The notes beneath the pieces were generated by a model. That model searched no databases. It was given only the letters and a program-made list of their open reading frames with translations, and had not been told where the DNA came from. From IMG/VR virus record IMGVR_UViG_3300036715_003906, positions 187,475 to 251,474 of that record: a DNA stretch of 64,000 nucleotides. One strand, written 5' to 3'. Numbering within the stretch: the first letter of the stretch is position 1; the number at the start of each line of letters is the position of its first letter. A program made the translations under genes and the position numbers. Positions 37,924 to 47,826 of the stretch are shown piece after piece.

Positions 37924-38691
37924 TCAGCAAGCGATCTCTTCGAGGTAGGTGTCGAGGAGATCCAGCTCGCGTTCGAGGGGGTTGTGCAACGGGGCCATCT
38001 GCCAGTCGAGGTGCTCGCGCTCCCCGATATCGCAGGGGTTTTCGAGGTCGGGTGACGTGGCGAGGATGTCCGCTTCCATCACCTCACGGACTTCAGCGAG
38101 GCGGCCCGCGAAGGGGGCGGGAGCGACGAGGGAGGTCTTCATGCCGCTACTACGCAGACCCCCCTCGGGCCCGATCGCGCGGATCGAGCACTTGCTCCCT
38201 TCCCGGCCCGTCACACGCCATTTCCGGCCCCCCGCCGGGTAGCGCGCCCCGCCCCCGGTGACGATGGTCTGGTTCGTCTCGACGACCTTCCCGACCATGT
38301 CCTTGGCCCTCTTGAGCTTGCGGTAGCGCTCCCGGCCCGCCCGGGTCGAGACCCGCTTCGGAGGCGCCGGGGGTGGGCCCTCGTGACGGGGCTGGAGCCA
38401 CCCTTCGACGAACGCCTCCGCGGGCAGGAGCAGGGTGGCCCAGGTGGCGTACTTCTCCCGGGTACGGAGGTCGACAAGGAAGGGCTTGTCATCGCCCTTC
38501 TGGTAGGCACTCACGTTGAGGATCTCGCCCCTGAGCTGGCCGACCTCGGCCTGGCACCGGGCAGCCTCCCGGGCGATGACGGCGTCGTGGTCGGGCTCCC
38601 GCCGGAGCATGTGTAGGCGGGCCTCGTGGACGCGCCAGGAGGACTTGTGGAGCCCCGTCACCTCGACGTGGTTCGAGCCCACCTTGGTCAC
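37924..38691 (-). CDS. Hypothetical protein, probably a fusion of two genes
   Basis: Internal half class A promoter and in-frame ATG at 38142. Confidence 0.5.
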   Translation of the reverse strand: MTKVGSNHVEVTGLHKSSWRVHEARLHMLRREPDHDAVIAREAARCQAEVGQLRGEILNVSAYQKGDDKPFLVDLRTREKYATWATLLLPAEAFVEGWLQPRHEGPPPAPPKRVSTRAGRERYRKLKRAKDMVGKVVETNQTIVTGGGARYPAGGRKWRVTGREGSKCSIRAIGPEGGLRSSGMKTSLVAPAPFAGRLAEVREVMEADILATSPDLENPCDIGEREHLDWQMAPLHNPLERELDLLDTYLEEIAC

Positions 38692-38802
38692 GCAGACCAG
38701 GCTCTCCCCCTCCTTACGGGTACCCGTACCACTCTCCGATGTCGGGGGGCGCGTCCCCCTCCAGGACCTCCGCGCTCCCGACCGGGACGATCTCCGTGTC
38801 GC

Positions 38803-39219
38803 TCATGGAAGGACCCCCTGGGCCCGGAGCTTCGCCACGCCCGCCGGGGTGGTCATGGCGTGATGGTTGACCGTGGTGACGTAACCGAGGTCCCGCAGGG
38901 TATGCACGATCCCGTAGGCGGACCTGGGCCCGTTGCTCTTGTCGTCGTAGCGGTAGGCGTAGCCCTGGGGGCTGGCCGCTTTCGTCAGGATGTCGAGGTC
39001 CTTGCCCTTGAGGGGCATGGAGCGGCCGTAGGCTCGCCGGGCCGCCCGCAACTTCTCCGATGCCTTCCGTAACGGGTCCTCCAGCGCCCTCTTCTGAGCA
39101 TTGGCTTTCTCGAGGACATCCTCGATCTCCTCGCGAGCTATCTCGTGGGCTTCCGTCTCCGCTTTGGCTGCGGCAACGGCCGCAGCCAGGCGCACTTCTT
39201 CGTCGGTCTTCTTGGCCAT
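38803..39219 (-). CDS. Early protein (coiled coil plus wHTH-like)
   Basis: Class A promoter 39236-39266; AGGAG Shine-Dalgarno. Confidence 0.65.
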   Translation of the reverse strand: MAKKTDEEVRLAAAVAAAKAETEAHEIAREEIEDVLEKANAQKRALEDPLRKASEKLRAARRAYGRSMPLKGKDLDILTKAASPQGYAYRYDDKSNGPRSAYGIVHTLRDLGYVTTVNHHAMTTPAGVAKLRAQGVLP

Positions 39220-39262
39220 GGTGGGTCTCCTGCCCCTCCTACGCGGGGGGGGGTCGTGGGAA

Positions 39263-39751
39263 TCAAAACGGAAGGATCTGCCCGTGCTCGGCGGTGGACG
39301 TCACGAGCCCGGCGGCCTTGAGCCCGTCCATGAGCCGCTCGGCCTCCTCGTCCGGGCCGGGGGCGTCGAGGTCCCAGAGGTTCAGGACGTCCCAGAGGTC
39401 CCGATCGGCCCCGATGAGAAAGACGATGGTCTGGATGGTGCAGGGCCGGAAGGTGCGCCAGGAGAGGACCCGGGCCTCGGGCTTCGTCAGGGCCGACTCG
39501 GGCCCGAGAAGGGCCTCTTCGACCTTCGCCTCCGCCCGGTGCATGACCTTCCCTCGCTCGATGTCCGGGCAGGCGCTCCGGCGGACATCCCGGCGAATCT
39601 CTCCGCTCAGGGTACGCGATCCTCCGTACCCTGAGCGGTCGCAGACGTCGTACAAGGTCCCGAGTTCGATGTCCGGGCACAGGGACCGGATCTCGCGGAC
39701 GTATTCGTGGATGGCGCGCAGGCCGGCGAGGTCGTCGGGGGAGAGGCTCAT
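39263..39751 (-). CDS. Hypothetical protein
   Basis: ORF track; co-oriented gene run. Confidence 0.55.
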   Translation of the reverse strand: MSLSPDDLAGLRAIHEYVREIRSLCPDIELGTLYDVCDRSGYGGSRTLSGEIRRDVRRSACPDIERGKVMHRAEAKVEEALLGPESALTKPEARVLSWRTFRPCTIQTIVFLIGADRDLWDVLNLWDLDAPGPDEEAERLMDGLKAAGLVTSTAEHGQILPF

Positions 39752-39767
39752 GCCCCCCGCAACACCA

Positions 39768-40073
39768 TCAGTTCAGCGCGGACTGGAGGGCGAGCTTCTT
39801 GAGGGCGCGGACGAGCCGGGCCCCGACGCCCACGCTCTCCGTGACCCGCCCCTCGGCCCCGGCCATCTCGGTCTCGATCTTCACGCGGAAGCAGGGGACC
39901 AGGGCCGAGAGACCTCCGGTGAGGGTGAGGACCCAGGTGACGCCCGGCCAGGGTGTGAGGGTGATGTCCGCGGTCTCCCCGCGCCCCACGGGCGCAAGGA
40001 GGGGCCCGAGGTCGGTCTGGTGGTAGGGGCCGAGGTGCTCGGAGAGGGCGAGGGTGAGCTGTTCTAGCCTCAT
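39768..40073 (-). CDS. Hypothetical protein
   Basis: ORF track. Confidence 0.5.
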   Translation of the reverse strand: MRLEQLTLALSEHLGPYHQTDLGPLLAPVGRGETADITLTPWPGVTWVLTLTGGLSALVPCFRVKIETEMAGAEGRVTESVGVGARLVRALKKLALQSALN

Positions 40074-40101
40074 GCCTCACCAGACGCCGAACGGAGGACT
40101 C

Positions 40102-40440
40102 TCACGTCGGGTAGACGAGACGGAGGTCCCGGGCGAGGAGGAAGCGAGCCACGAGGCCGAGGTCACCCTGCCGGCCGCCGCGGAGCTGGCGGTAGTGGCC
40201 GAGGGCCGTCCGGGCATCCTCGTTGCCCTTGCCGTTCCACGGGTCCTCGTCGACCCTCTCCTGGAGCTGGCGGAGGACCGACTCGCCGTCCACGAGGACG
40301 ACCTCGCCCCGCTTCCTCGGCCCGATCCGGGCCGAACCGGTGAAGGCGATCGGGGGCTGTTGACGCCACACCCTGAGGACGGGCCAGGAGGAGACGGGGG
40401 AGGAGGGGGTGCGGACCTTGGCGATGGTCGAGGGGGTCAT
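40102..40440 (-). CDS. Small early protein
   Basis: ATG 4 nt after the class A promoter 40445-40473. Confidence 0.6.
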   Translation of the reverse strand: MTPSTIAKVRTPSSPVSSWPVLRVWRQQPPIAFTGSARIGPRKRGEVVLVDGESVLRQLQERVDEDPWNGKGNEDARTALGHYRQLRGGRQGDLGLVARFLLARDLRLVYPT

Positions 40441-40483
40441 GAGCCTCCTACGCAGCGCCCTCCCCGGAATCAAAACCGAATCG

Positions 40484-41119
40484 TCACCCGTCAAGCCAGC
40501 CCTTCACGTCCGCGTCGAGCATGGGGGTCCCCCGGCCCCGCAGGGTCATCATGAAGCGGTCCCCCTCGGGCACCGTGGCCCAGATCTCCCGCGCCTTCTC
40601 GACGTTCCCCAGGGCGACCAGCTCGGTCAAGAGACCCGCCTTGTGCTTGAGGGCGACGCGCTCCCGCTCGGGCATCGTGACCGCAAGCCGGCGCCGGGTC
40701 TTGCCGGGGGTCAGGGGGCCGGGTTGGGTGATGTTCTGCTTCGTGAACCGGACCTTGGGCATGGCGGAGTCGTCGGGCGTCACGATCACGCTGACCGCGA
40801 ACTTGCCGGGGTCCTGGGCCTTGGCCCAGATGACATGGAGGGTGCCCGGGGGGGCCAGGGGGATGCAGGCGTTGATCGCTTGCTGGACGACCCCCGCGGC
40901 CCCCACGAGAGCCGGCCGGACCTGACGCATCTTGGGGTCCCGGCGAGTGAACTCCGGAGCACCCCCGAGCCGGGCCGACCACGCCACCTCGGCATCGAAG
41001 AGACCCAGGCTTTTGACCTTCTTCGATGGGACTGAGCCAGGGGTGAACCGCACCACGCGGCCCTTCGTGTCGGTGTTTGCCTCCGGATCGAGACCCGGGA
41101 TGGTTTGTGCGATTTTCAT
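40484..41119 (-). CDS. Hypothetical protein
   Basis: CGGTGTA-N10-ATG. Confidence 0.65.
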   Translation of the reverse strand: MKIAQTIPGLDPEANTDTKGRVVRFTPGSVPSKKVKSLGLFDAEVAWSARLGGAPEFTRRDPKMRQVRPALVGAAGVVQQAINACIPLAPPGTLHVIWAKAQDPGKFAVSVIVTPDDSAMPKVRFTKQNITQPGPLTPGKTRRRLAVTMPERERVALKHKAGLLTELVALGNVEKAREIWATVPEGDRFMMTLRGRGTPMLDADVKGWLDG

Positions 41120-41272
41120 GCACTCTCTTTACACCGGACCGAGTGCTGTCCCTGCTAGTCGAGCCCAGGAGGGGCCCCCCCTCGTAGTACGTAGGCCCCG
41201 AGGGCCAGCCCTCTTGTGCGCACTGCCCCCAGGGGCAATGCCTTAGGATCGGGGGGCCCCTTCCGGGCTCGA

Positions 41273-42238
41273 CTAGAAGCTCACCATCCTCGTGCCCACC
41301 GATACGGTGAGCTGCCGGCACCCTTCGACGTCCGGGACAAGGAAGCGGGGGAACCCGTCCGCCAGCGTCTTGAAGTTCGGCCACACCCGGGGGCGCACGT
41401 ACACGACCTCGCTGAGCGGTCCCGTGACCCAGCGGCCGTCCACGAAGATGATGTACCGGAAGGCGAACACCCCCAGGTAGGGCCCGGAGTTCGTGCTCAC
41501 GCGCCCGCTGGTCGTCACGCGCTTTTTGCTGCCGATGTAATAGCGCAGGGTGGTCAGCCTCTCCCCGCGCACGTCCTGGATCGTCACGTAGTCGAACCAG
41601 GGCGCGAAGACGTCGGCCACGCTCAGGGTGAAGTGCCCGCCGAAGGGGAGCCGGTCAAACGGCCCGTCGGGCACCACCGACCACTCCGTGGGCCGCGGGA
41701 CGTCCCCGACGCGCGGACCCCCGGACCCACCCCCGCCCCCGCGCGTACCCCCCAGGCCCTCGCCCCCGAAGGAGGCCCAGGGCGTCGGGTGGTAGAACCC
41801 CCGGGGCATCTTCACGTACCCGTCCTTCGGGGTCTTGCTCCGGTGGGTGGGACGGTAGCGCAGCATCTCCACCCGGGTACGGAGCGTGTCGTCCAGGCGG
41901 TACTTCTCCGGTAGCCCTTCGATCGCCACCTCGACCTGGCCGAAGCACAGCAGCTCCTGGTTCGACCGAGTCTTGCCCGGGGTCTCCGTCGTTACCTTGG
42001 CCCTCACGCGGGGCTGAGGAAGCAGCCAGGACGGCGCCGACACCAGGCGCCCCTCGGCCTGGGTCATCCGCCCGTCGAGGTCCGTCACGGCCCCTTGCAG
42101 GGCCGTCACCTGGGGCTCCAGGGCCGTCACCCGATCGCCCAGCGCCCCGACCTCCGTGGCGATCGGGGTCACCTCCCCGCCCAGGTCGTCGACCTTCTGG
42201 AAGAGCGTCCCGAACCCGTCCTTCTGGAAGTCGCTCAT
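41273..42238 (-). CDS. Hypothetical virion-type protein with N-terminal heptad coiled coil
   Basis: VGALGDRVTALEPQVTALQGAVTDLDGRMT. Confidence 0.6.
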   Translation of the reverse strand: MSDFQKDGFGTLFQKVDDLGGEVTPIATEVGALGDRVTALEPQVTALQGAVTDLDGRMTQAEGRLVSAPSWLLPQPRVRAKVTTETPGKTRSNQELLCFGQVEVAIEGLPEKYRLDDTLRTRVEMLRYRPTHRSKTPKDGYVKMPRGFYHPTPWASFGGEGLGGTRGGGGGSGGPRVGDVPRPTEWSVVPDGPFDRLPFGGHFTLSVADVFAPWFDYVTIQDVRGERLTTLRYYIGSKKRVTTSGRVSTNSGPYLGVFAFRYIIFVDGRWVTGPLSEVVYVRPRVWPNFKTLADGFPRFLVPDVEGCRQLTVSVGTRMVSF

Positions 42239-42678
42239 CCGACCCTCACCAGGAAGCGCTGGGTCGCCGGGGTCGTATTCACCAGCGTCAGCGTGGTAAA
42301 CGTATCATTCTGCGACATATCGTAGGTCCCCTGTGCGTCAACCCAGACCCCGTTGCCGCGCTTGAGCACCACCACGGTCGGGGGGTAGTGCAGGTCGTGC
42401 TGGATCGTGAGCGTGTTGCCCGGGCCAGGGAAGGCCGCGAGGTCCGCGAGGTCGTGGAGCTGGACGACCCCCGCGTCACAGAACTTGCGCAAATCCCCGC
42501 GTCGGACGCTGCGCAGGACCTCCGTCGTGTCGGGCAGGTACACGAAGGCTCCCGGGCCGATGTACACGTCCTCCCCACGCCGGCCTTCCGTCTGTGCTTG
42601 CGCGACAGTACGCAGGTCCTTCAGGTAGACCCTCGCCGGTGAAAGATTGGTGACCCGCATACAAGGCTGAGGGTCCAC
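42235..42678 (-). CDS. Hypothetical protein (possible virion protein)
   Basis: TIQHDLHYPPTVVV beta-sandwich-like motif. Confidence 0.55.
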   Translation of the reverse strand: MDPQPCMRVTNLSPARVYLKDLRTVAQAQTEGRRGEDVYIGPGAFVYLPDTTEVLRSVRRGDLRKFCDAGVVQLHDLADLAAFPGPGNTLTIQHDLHYPPTVVVLKRGNGVWVDAQGTYDMSQNDTFTTLTLVNTTPATQRFLVRVG

Positions 42679-43064
42679 AAGTAGATCACAGGAATGCCAC
42701 GGTCATGTGGCATCCCGTCACAGGGGATCGTCGACCAGGGGCCTCCAGCAGAGGGGGCGCAGGGTCCGCTCGAACCGCAGGAGGAGGTCGGCGTACTCCT
42801 CGGTCTCCTGCCTCTCCAGGATGAGCGACGGAAGCTCCCCCGCGAAGCTGCCCCTCCCTCACCAGCAGGGTGACCTTGAGCACGGCCTGCCCCCGGATCT
42901 CCAGCTCGAAGGACAGGTCCGCCTCCCGGAACTCCCGGAGCCCGATCGCCAGGATTTTCTGACACCCCGGGGGGACGAAGGCCCCGAGCGGGGAGTCCGG
43001 GGCCTTCGCGGCGAGGAGGGCAGAGAGGGGGACGGGTTCCATGCCCTCTCTCTACCCCGGGACG

Positions 43065-43901
43065 TCACATGCACCAGCCGCCAATCTTGCCCGAAGGCTG
43101 CTCCCCGGCCTCGACGGCCTGCTTGATCGTGTAGATCGGCAGGCTCTTTTTGAAGGTGTGCCCGATCTCCGCCTCGACCTCGACGTACTGGTCGAGCAGG
43201 GCCCGGTTGTGGTGCCCAGCCAGCAGCAGGGCGTCCCGGCTGGCCAGGACGCAGAAGCAGCAGGACAGCCGGGGCATCCCGAGGTCGTAGGCCCGGTGGT
43301 AGGGGACGCCGCTCGCCTTGATACAGGCCCACACCTGGGTCGTGGTCCAGCGGAAGATCGGGAACAGGGTGTCGACGCGGCGGCGGCCGTTGGAGGCCAT
43401 GGCGTCCTCCTGGAAGGGCACCTTCTGCGCCCGGGCGGGGCTCTCGTCGGCCCGGATGCCCATGCAGTTGAGGATGCGCGCCTGGTAGCCCTTGCCCCGC
43501 TGGGCTCGGACCTCGTCGGCAAGCTGGGTCAGGACCTTGTGGACCTGTCCGCGCTTGTGGTCCGACGTGCAGTAGCGGGCCTCCGACGAGGGCCACATCT
43601 TCCGCTGGCGGACGTGGTCGAGGAGGTCCCCCTGGGGCCGGCTCACTTTGACGAAGCGGAGGCCGTAGTGCTTCGCTTGCTCCTCGGCGAGTTCCGCGGT
43701 CCCGGCCCACTCCACCCGGCCGAGGTCGCAGTGAACCACGACCAGGCGGCTCTCGATCCCGAGGCGGCGGCAGACCTCGACCATCAGGGTCAGCAGGGCC
43801 TGCGAATCCTTGCCGGCCGAGCTGTTCACCACGATCTTGTCGTAGGACCGCAGGTCGCGGGGCAGGATGATCGGGGAGGCAAGGAGGTTGAGCTGGACCA
43901 T
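43065..43901 (-). CDS. PAPS-reductase family protein
   Basis: NSSAGKDS, RYCTSDHK, GIRADES..R, FPI..W and RLSCCFC; class A promoter 43906-43934. Confidence 0.88.
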   Translation of the reverse strand: MVQLNLLASPIILPRDLRSYDKIVVNSSAGKDSQALLTLMVEVCRRLGIESRLVVVHCDLGRVEWAGTAELAEEQAKHYGLRFVKVSRPQGDLLDHVRQRKMWPSSEARYCTSDHKRGQVHKVLTQLADEVRAQRGKGYQARILNCMGIRADESPARAQKVPFQEDAMASNGRRRVDTLFPIFRWTTTQVWACIKASGVPYHRAYDLGMPRLSCCFCVLASRDALLLAGHHNRALLDQYVEVEAEIGHTFKKSLPIYTIKQAVEAGEQPSGKIGGWCM

Positions 43902-43941
43902 GGGGCTACTACGCGCGCCCCCGGCCCGAATCAAAACTGGC

Positions 43942-44409
43942 TCAGGTCGATTCTTCCGGGAGGGGGGTCATGGTCCAGAGGGGCTCGACGACCAGGCACC
44001 CCTCGACGACCCGGACCCGGTCCATCAGCTCCAGGGGGTCCGCGATCGGCCAGGGGTCCGCCATCGTGACCTGGTGGGTGCTGAGCCAGATGACTGCCCC
44101 CAGGTTCGCCGCCCGGACCCGCTTCTCCACTTCGTCCGTGGGGAGGGCCGGGTCGAAGATGGCGAGGACGATGCAGCTCGCCAGCAGCGCCCCCTCGACC
44201 CGGTAGACCCGGGCGACCCAGCCCGCCCGCGAGGCGTCCTTCTCGTCCACCAGGTAGAAGCCCTGCTCCGTCATGTCGGCGCTCTCCTCGCCCGCGGGCC
44301 AGGGTAGCCGCGGGACCGCCATGGGCGGCTCCTCCAGCGTCATCAGGACGCCCTCGACCCTCTCCACCTCGATCGGGACACCCTGCGAGCCTGTGTAGGG
44401 TCGTTTCAT
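43942..44409 (-). CDS. Hypothetical protein
   Basis: CGGTGTA-N10-ATG at 44409. Confidence 0.55.
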   Translation of the reverse strand: MKRPYTGSQGVPIEVERVEGVLMTLEEPPMAVPRLPWPAGEESADMTEQGFYLVDEKDASRAGWVARVYRVEGALLASCIVLAIFDPALPTDEVEKRVRAANLGAVIWLSTHQVTMADPWPIADPLELMDRVRVVEGCLVVEPLWTMTPLPEEST

Positions 44410-44865
44410 GGGCGGGACGTACACCGTTCGGCGATCGAGAGCGGGCCCTCCCAGTACGCGATCTGCTTGGTCATGCCCCGCAGGGGGCACCCGATCGGGT
44501 GATCCCCCGCGACGGAAAGCGAAGGGTCCTGGATTCCGCAGTGCAGGCAGGCCCGGTAGGGGTTGGTCCCCGGAGGGCGCCATCGCGCCTCCTCGATCCG
44601 CCTCCGGGGGCGGTAGATTCTTCGCTGAATCCTCTCGTCCCGGGGAATGTGGTTCGAGCGCATGGGGCTACCCGGCGCACAGGGCCCGGCTGCGCCGGCG
44701 GTCAGCCCGGCGGGTGACCTTCTTGGCCCACCGGCGGTTCTGGGGGGTGGGGCTCGTGAAGGGCTCGAAGAAGTCGTGCCCGCGGAAGGAGCGGCACGCC
44801 TGGCAGGCCCGGAGGGCCTGGTTCAGTGCTTTCATGGGAGGGTTCCTGGTAGGGGGGTAGGGGGA

Positions 44866-45120
44866 TCAGAAGCTGGCCAGGAAAGCGGCCCACTCGGGGG
44901 GCGTGTCGTGGACCTCGGCCTGGCGGACCGCGTCGAGCGCCACCTCGATGTCCCAGAAGCGGGCCGAGAGTTGCCCCCGGAGGCGCCAGGCCAGCGGGCC
45001 GGTGGCGCCTCGGAGGACTTCCTCCATATCCTGGGTCTGGGCCTGCTCCGTCTGGAGCTGGGCGAGGGGGGCGAAGAAGAAGAGGCGGTCGAGGAGGGGG
45101 GTGGAGGCGTCAGCGTGCAT
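44866..45120 (-). CDS. Small early protein
   Basis: ATG 4 nt after the class A promoter 45125-45153. Confidence 0.6.
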   Translation of the reverse strand: MHADASTPLLDRLFFFAPLAQLQTEQAQTQDMEEVLRGATGPLAWRLRGQLSARFWDIEVALDAVRQAEVHDTPPEWAAFLASF

Positions 45121-45127
45121 GGGGGTA

Positions 45128-45853
45128 CTACGCGGGGGCACCCTGCGAATCAAACGAGGGACCGCACGATTCTTCCACCCGGGCTCCCGGGGTGCGCCAG
45201 ACGAGGCCGTCGGGAACGCAGGCGTCGATCAGCTCCTGGCGCCACCGGAGGGCATAATCGAGGCAGTTGTTGCAGTGTTTGTGCCCCCGGGGGCGGCGAG
45301 GCCCGGGCAGTTCGTGACCGGGGAGCGGGGGGTGGTGGGTTGCCGACTCGGACCAGGCGAGGGAGTCCGAGGAGGCCATGACGTCGTAGGCGGCGCGGAC
45401 CCCGTCCTTCTTGAACCCGAAGCCGTGGACCTTGAGCCCGTGGACGTCGTGAAGGTTCCGCATCAGCAGCTCGGCGGTGAACATCGCCTGCCGGCGGCAG
45501 ACCGACCCGACGCCGACCAGGGGGAGCTTCGCGAGGTGGACGCCGGCCTTCTCGTACATCTCGATGGGGTCGTAGTAGTCCGGCCGGGCCCACCCCTGGA
45601 GCGTCGGGACCCATGGGACCTCGGGGGCGCGGCTCAGCAGCTCGACGTAGCTGAGGACCGATCGGACCTGGTGCTCCTTCACGGACATACCGGTCCGCTC
45701 CAGCATGATCGGCTCACACATCCAATCCTGAGTCGCGGCCCATCGCAGGTTGCCGATGTCCCTCATGTACCGGCGGACGCGGTCCGCGTAGTCCTGGGGC
45801 GGCATGGTCCAGCGGCCGAAGAGCCCCAGCTCCGTGAAGCCGCACCGGCTCAT
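45128..45853 (-). pseudogene. Queuine-tRNA-ribosyltransferase/DpdA-like (TGT-fold) protein, N-terminally truncated
   Basis: GFTEL..FGRW, QDWMCEP, PTLQGW, VGVGSVCRRQ, HGFG.K and SSDSLAWS; the upstream LDSG motif is missing. Confidence 0.7.
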
Positions 45854-46076
45854 CGACGACTCTCTCTTGACCCAGGCGGCCTACCTGGCTGCCGACAGAG
45901 AGTGCGCCCAGGGGGGCGACTACGAGACGGTCACAGGGGCCGCGGAGCGGGCCGCCGAGCGCCAGGCGGACCTCTGGGCCGTCTACCTCGAGGACGTCTC
46001 CCGGGGCGCGGTGTAGAGTGCGGGCATGACCCCTTCCCCGGTGACCGCCATGTGACCCCCAAAGGAGGGGGCTCTC

Positions 46077-46283
46077 ATGGCCCAGGTTGTTACGAAAAGC
46101 GCCCGGATGGGCGTTCGGTACGGGTCCGGTCGTGCCCGTCACATGACCGCCCTCAAGCGCTTCGCCCACCGGGCCGAGCGGCGCGAGCGGCGGACCTGGG
46201 TGCGGCTGGTGACGGAGGGCCGGGAGGACCTCTTGTCGGTCTGCCCCGAGCGGGTCCGGGTGACGAGCTGGGAGACCCGCTAG
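46077..46283 (+). CDS. Small basic protein
   Basis: AAGGAGG Shine-Dalgarno. Confidence 0.55.
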   Translation: MAQVVTKSARMGVRYGSGRARHMTALKRFAHRAERRERRTWVRLVTEGREDLLSVCPERVRVTSWETR

Positions 46284-46303
46284 AGAAAATCGATCGGGGG
46301 CTT

Positions 46304-46332
46304 TTGATCCCGAGGGGGGCGCTGCGTAGTAG
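46304..46332 (+). promoter_or_regulatory. Class A promoter
   Basis: TTGATC-N17-TAGTAG, ATG at 46337. Confidence 0.8.
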
Positions 46333-46336
46333 CTCC

Positions 46337-46519
46337 ATGGCCCGCAAGACCTTCCCCCTCGTCTCCCCCGACCTCTTCCTCTCCGACGACATCGCGACCC
46401 ACCTCAAGTGGCCCCTCGCGGACGTCCACAGCCTCTCCCGCGCCTCGCTCCGGGAGCTGGTCACGGACCCGGCGCTCAAGGCCCGGATCACCGCCTGCAT
46501 GGCCTTCCTCTGCCGCTGA
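46337..46519 (+). CDS. Small early protein
   Basis: Leaderless ATG after the promoter. Confidence 0.6.
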   Translation: MARKTFPLVSPDLFLSDDIATHLKWPLADVHSLSRASLRELVTDPALKARITACMAFLCR

Positions 46520-46540
46520 GGAAATCGACGCCCCGGGGTT

Positions 46541-46569
46541 TTGATTCCCCCGGCCCCGCCGCGTAGTAG
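46541..46569 (+). promoter_or_regulatory. Class A promoter
   Basis: TTGATT-N17-TAGTAG. Confidence 0.8.
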
Positions 46570-46726
46570 CGCCACCCCCTCTTCCCGAAGGACCCACGAT
46601 CATGCTCCCTCTTCTCTCGACCCCCTGTTCCAAGACCACCACCCTCGCCCGCAAGGCCATGGACGCCCTCATCGGGCAAACCTTCACCGTCTGCGTCAAG
46701 ATGCTGAAGACGAAGGTCGCCGCGTC

Positions 46727-47065
46727 GTGAAGGTCGAGGTCCAGAGCATCATGCTCGCCCCGATCTTGCCCGAGGACCCCGGCCCCCGGGCGACCGTGGC
46801 CACCTGGGCCGAAGCCGACGCCTTGCTGGCCACGGCCCCCGTCAAGGTGGCGATCGAGTACCGGGTCCGGTGGCCGGGGGACGAGCACTTCCCCCGGGGG
46901 TACGGCGCGTCCGGTTCCCTGTACTACCGGACCGAGGAGAGAGAGCCTCTCCTGGCCACCGTACGGCGCCATCGGGAGGAGCTTCTCCCGGCTGGGGGTG
47001 ACGCGGCCCAGGCCGCGAAAGTGATCCTCGACCTCTGCCTCGGGGGGCACGAGTGGCCAGCCTGA
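46727..47065 (+). CDS. Hypothetical protein
   Basis: GTG start overlapping the upstream stop. Confidence 0.5.
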   Translation: MKVEVQSIMLAPILPEDPGPRATVATWAEADALLATAPVKVAIEYRVRWPGDEHFPRGYGASGSLYYRTEEREPLLATVRRHREELLPAGGDAAQAAKVILDLCLGGHEWPA

Positions 47066-47247
47066 AGGTGACCGTCACCCTCGACGCCGGGGAATGGTCG
47101 ACCCTCGTCGCGGCCCTGGAGTCGTACATCGGGCTCCTCGAAAGCTCGGATGAGGAGTGGGAAGAGGACCTCATCCCGGCCCGGAGTCTCCTGCCCAAGA
47201 TCGAGGCGGCCAAGGAGAAAGCGCAGAAACGCACCCCCCGCGTTTGA
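47053..47247 (+). CDS. Small acidic protein
   Basis: ORF track. Confidence 0.55.
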   Translation: MASLKVTVTLDAGEWSTLVAALESYIGLLESSDEEWEEDLIPARSLLPKIEAAKEKAQKRTPRV

Positions 47248-47272
47248 TTCCAGGGAGGGGGCTGCGTAGTAG
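47244..47272 (+). promoter_or_regulatory. Class A promoter
   Basis: TTGATT-N17-TAGTAG, ATG at 47277. Confidence 0.8.
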
Positions 47273-47276
47273 TCCC

Positions 47277-47567
47277 ATGAGCACCCCGAACGCTTCCCCC
47301 GACTTCGTCTCTCTGGCCGCCCGCATCGACGCCTGCATCGCCCGAAGCTCGCTCCTCTGCCTCCCCCCCGCTGCCCCCGAAGGTTGGGTTACCGAGGACG
47401 GCAGCGGGGGGGAGGCACACTTCTCCTTCACCCGCAAGGGCGGCTGGGTCGTCCGGGTCTACCTCGAAACGAAGGACGACGAGCGCTCGGGGTTCTTCAC
47501 CGGGAAGGGCGCGACCCCCGAGGAGGCGACCGAGGATCTGGTCGAGGAAATCCGCGCCGCCTACTGA
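47277..47567 (+). CDS. Small early protein
   Basis: Leaderless ATG after the promoter. Confidence 0.6.
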   Translation: MSTPNASPDFVSLAARIDACIARSSLLCLPPAAPEGWVTEDGSGGEAHFSFTRKGGWVVRVYLETKDDERSGFFTGKGATPEEATEDLVEEIRAAY

Positions 47568-47578
47568 AAGCCACCCCC

Positions 47579-47773
47579 ATGACCCTCGTCGCCGTCTGCA
47601 AGAAAACCGGTGAACACCTACGCCCCGCGACCCCCGAGGAGCGGGCCACCTACCTGGAGAGGAATGCCCACAGGCGGGCCCCCTGCTTCTACGACCGCGT
47701 GATCCTGGAGGACGTCACCATCATGGAAGACAACGGCCCCGGGGGCTGGATCGGGCATTTCGTCTTCGGTTGA
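47579..47773 (+). CDS. Small hypothetical protein
   Basis: HLRPATPEE motif. Confidence 0.5.
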   Translation: MTLVAVCKKTGEHLRPATPEERATYLERNAHRRAPCFYDRVILEDVTIMEDNGPGGWIGHFVFG

Positions 47774-47793
47774 AGAAAAGAGCGGGGGGGTTT

Positions 47794-47822
47794 TTGATTC
47801 CTGGGGGGCCCCTGCGTAGTAG
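47794..47822 (+). promoter_or_regulatory. Class A promoter
   Basis: TTGATT-N17-TAGTAG, ATG at 47827. Confidence 0.8.
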
Positions 47823-47826
47823 TCCC

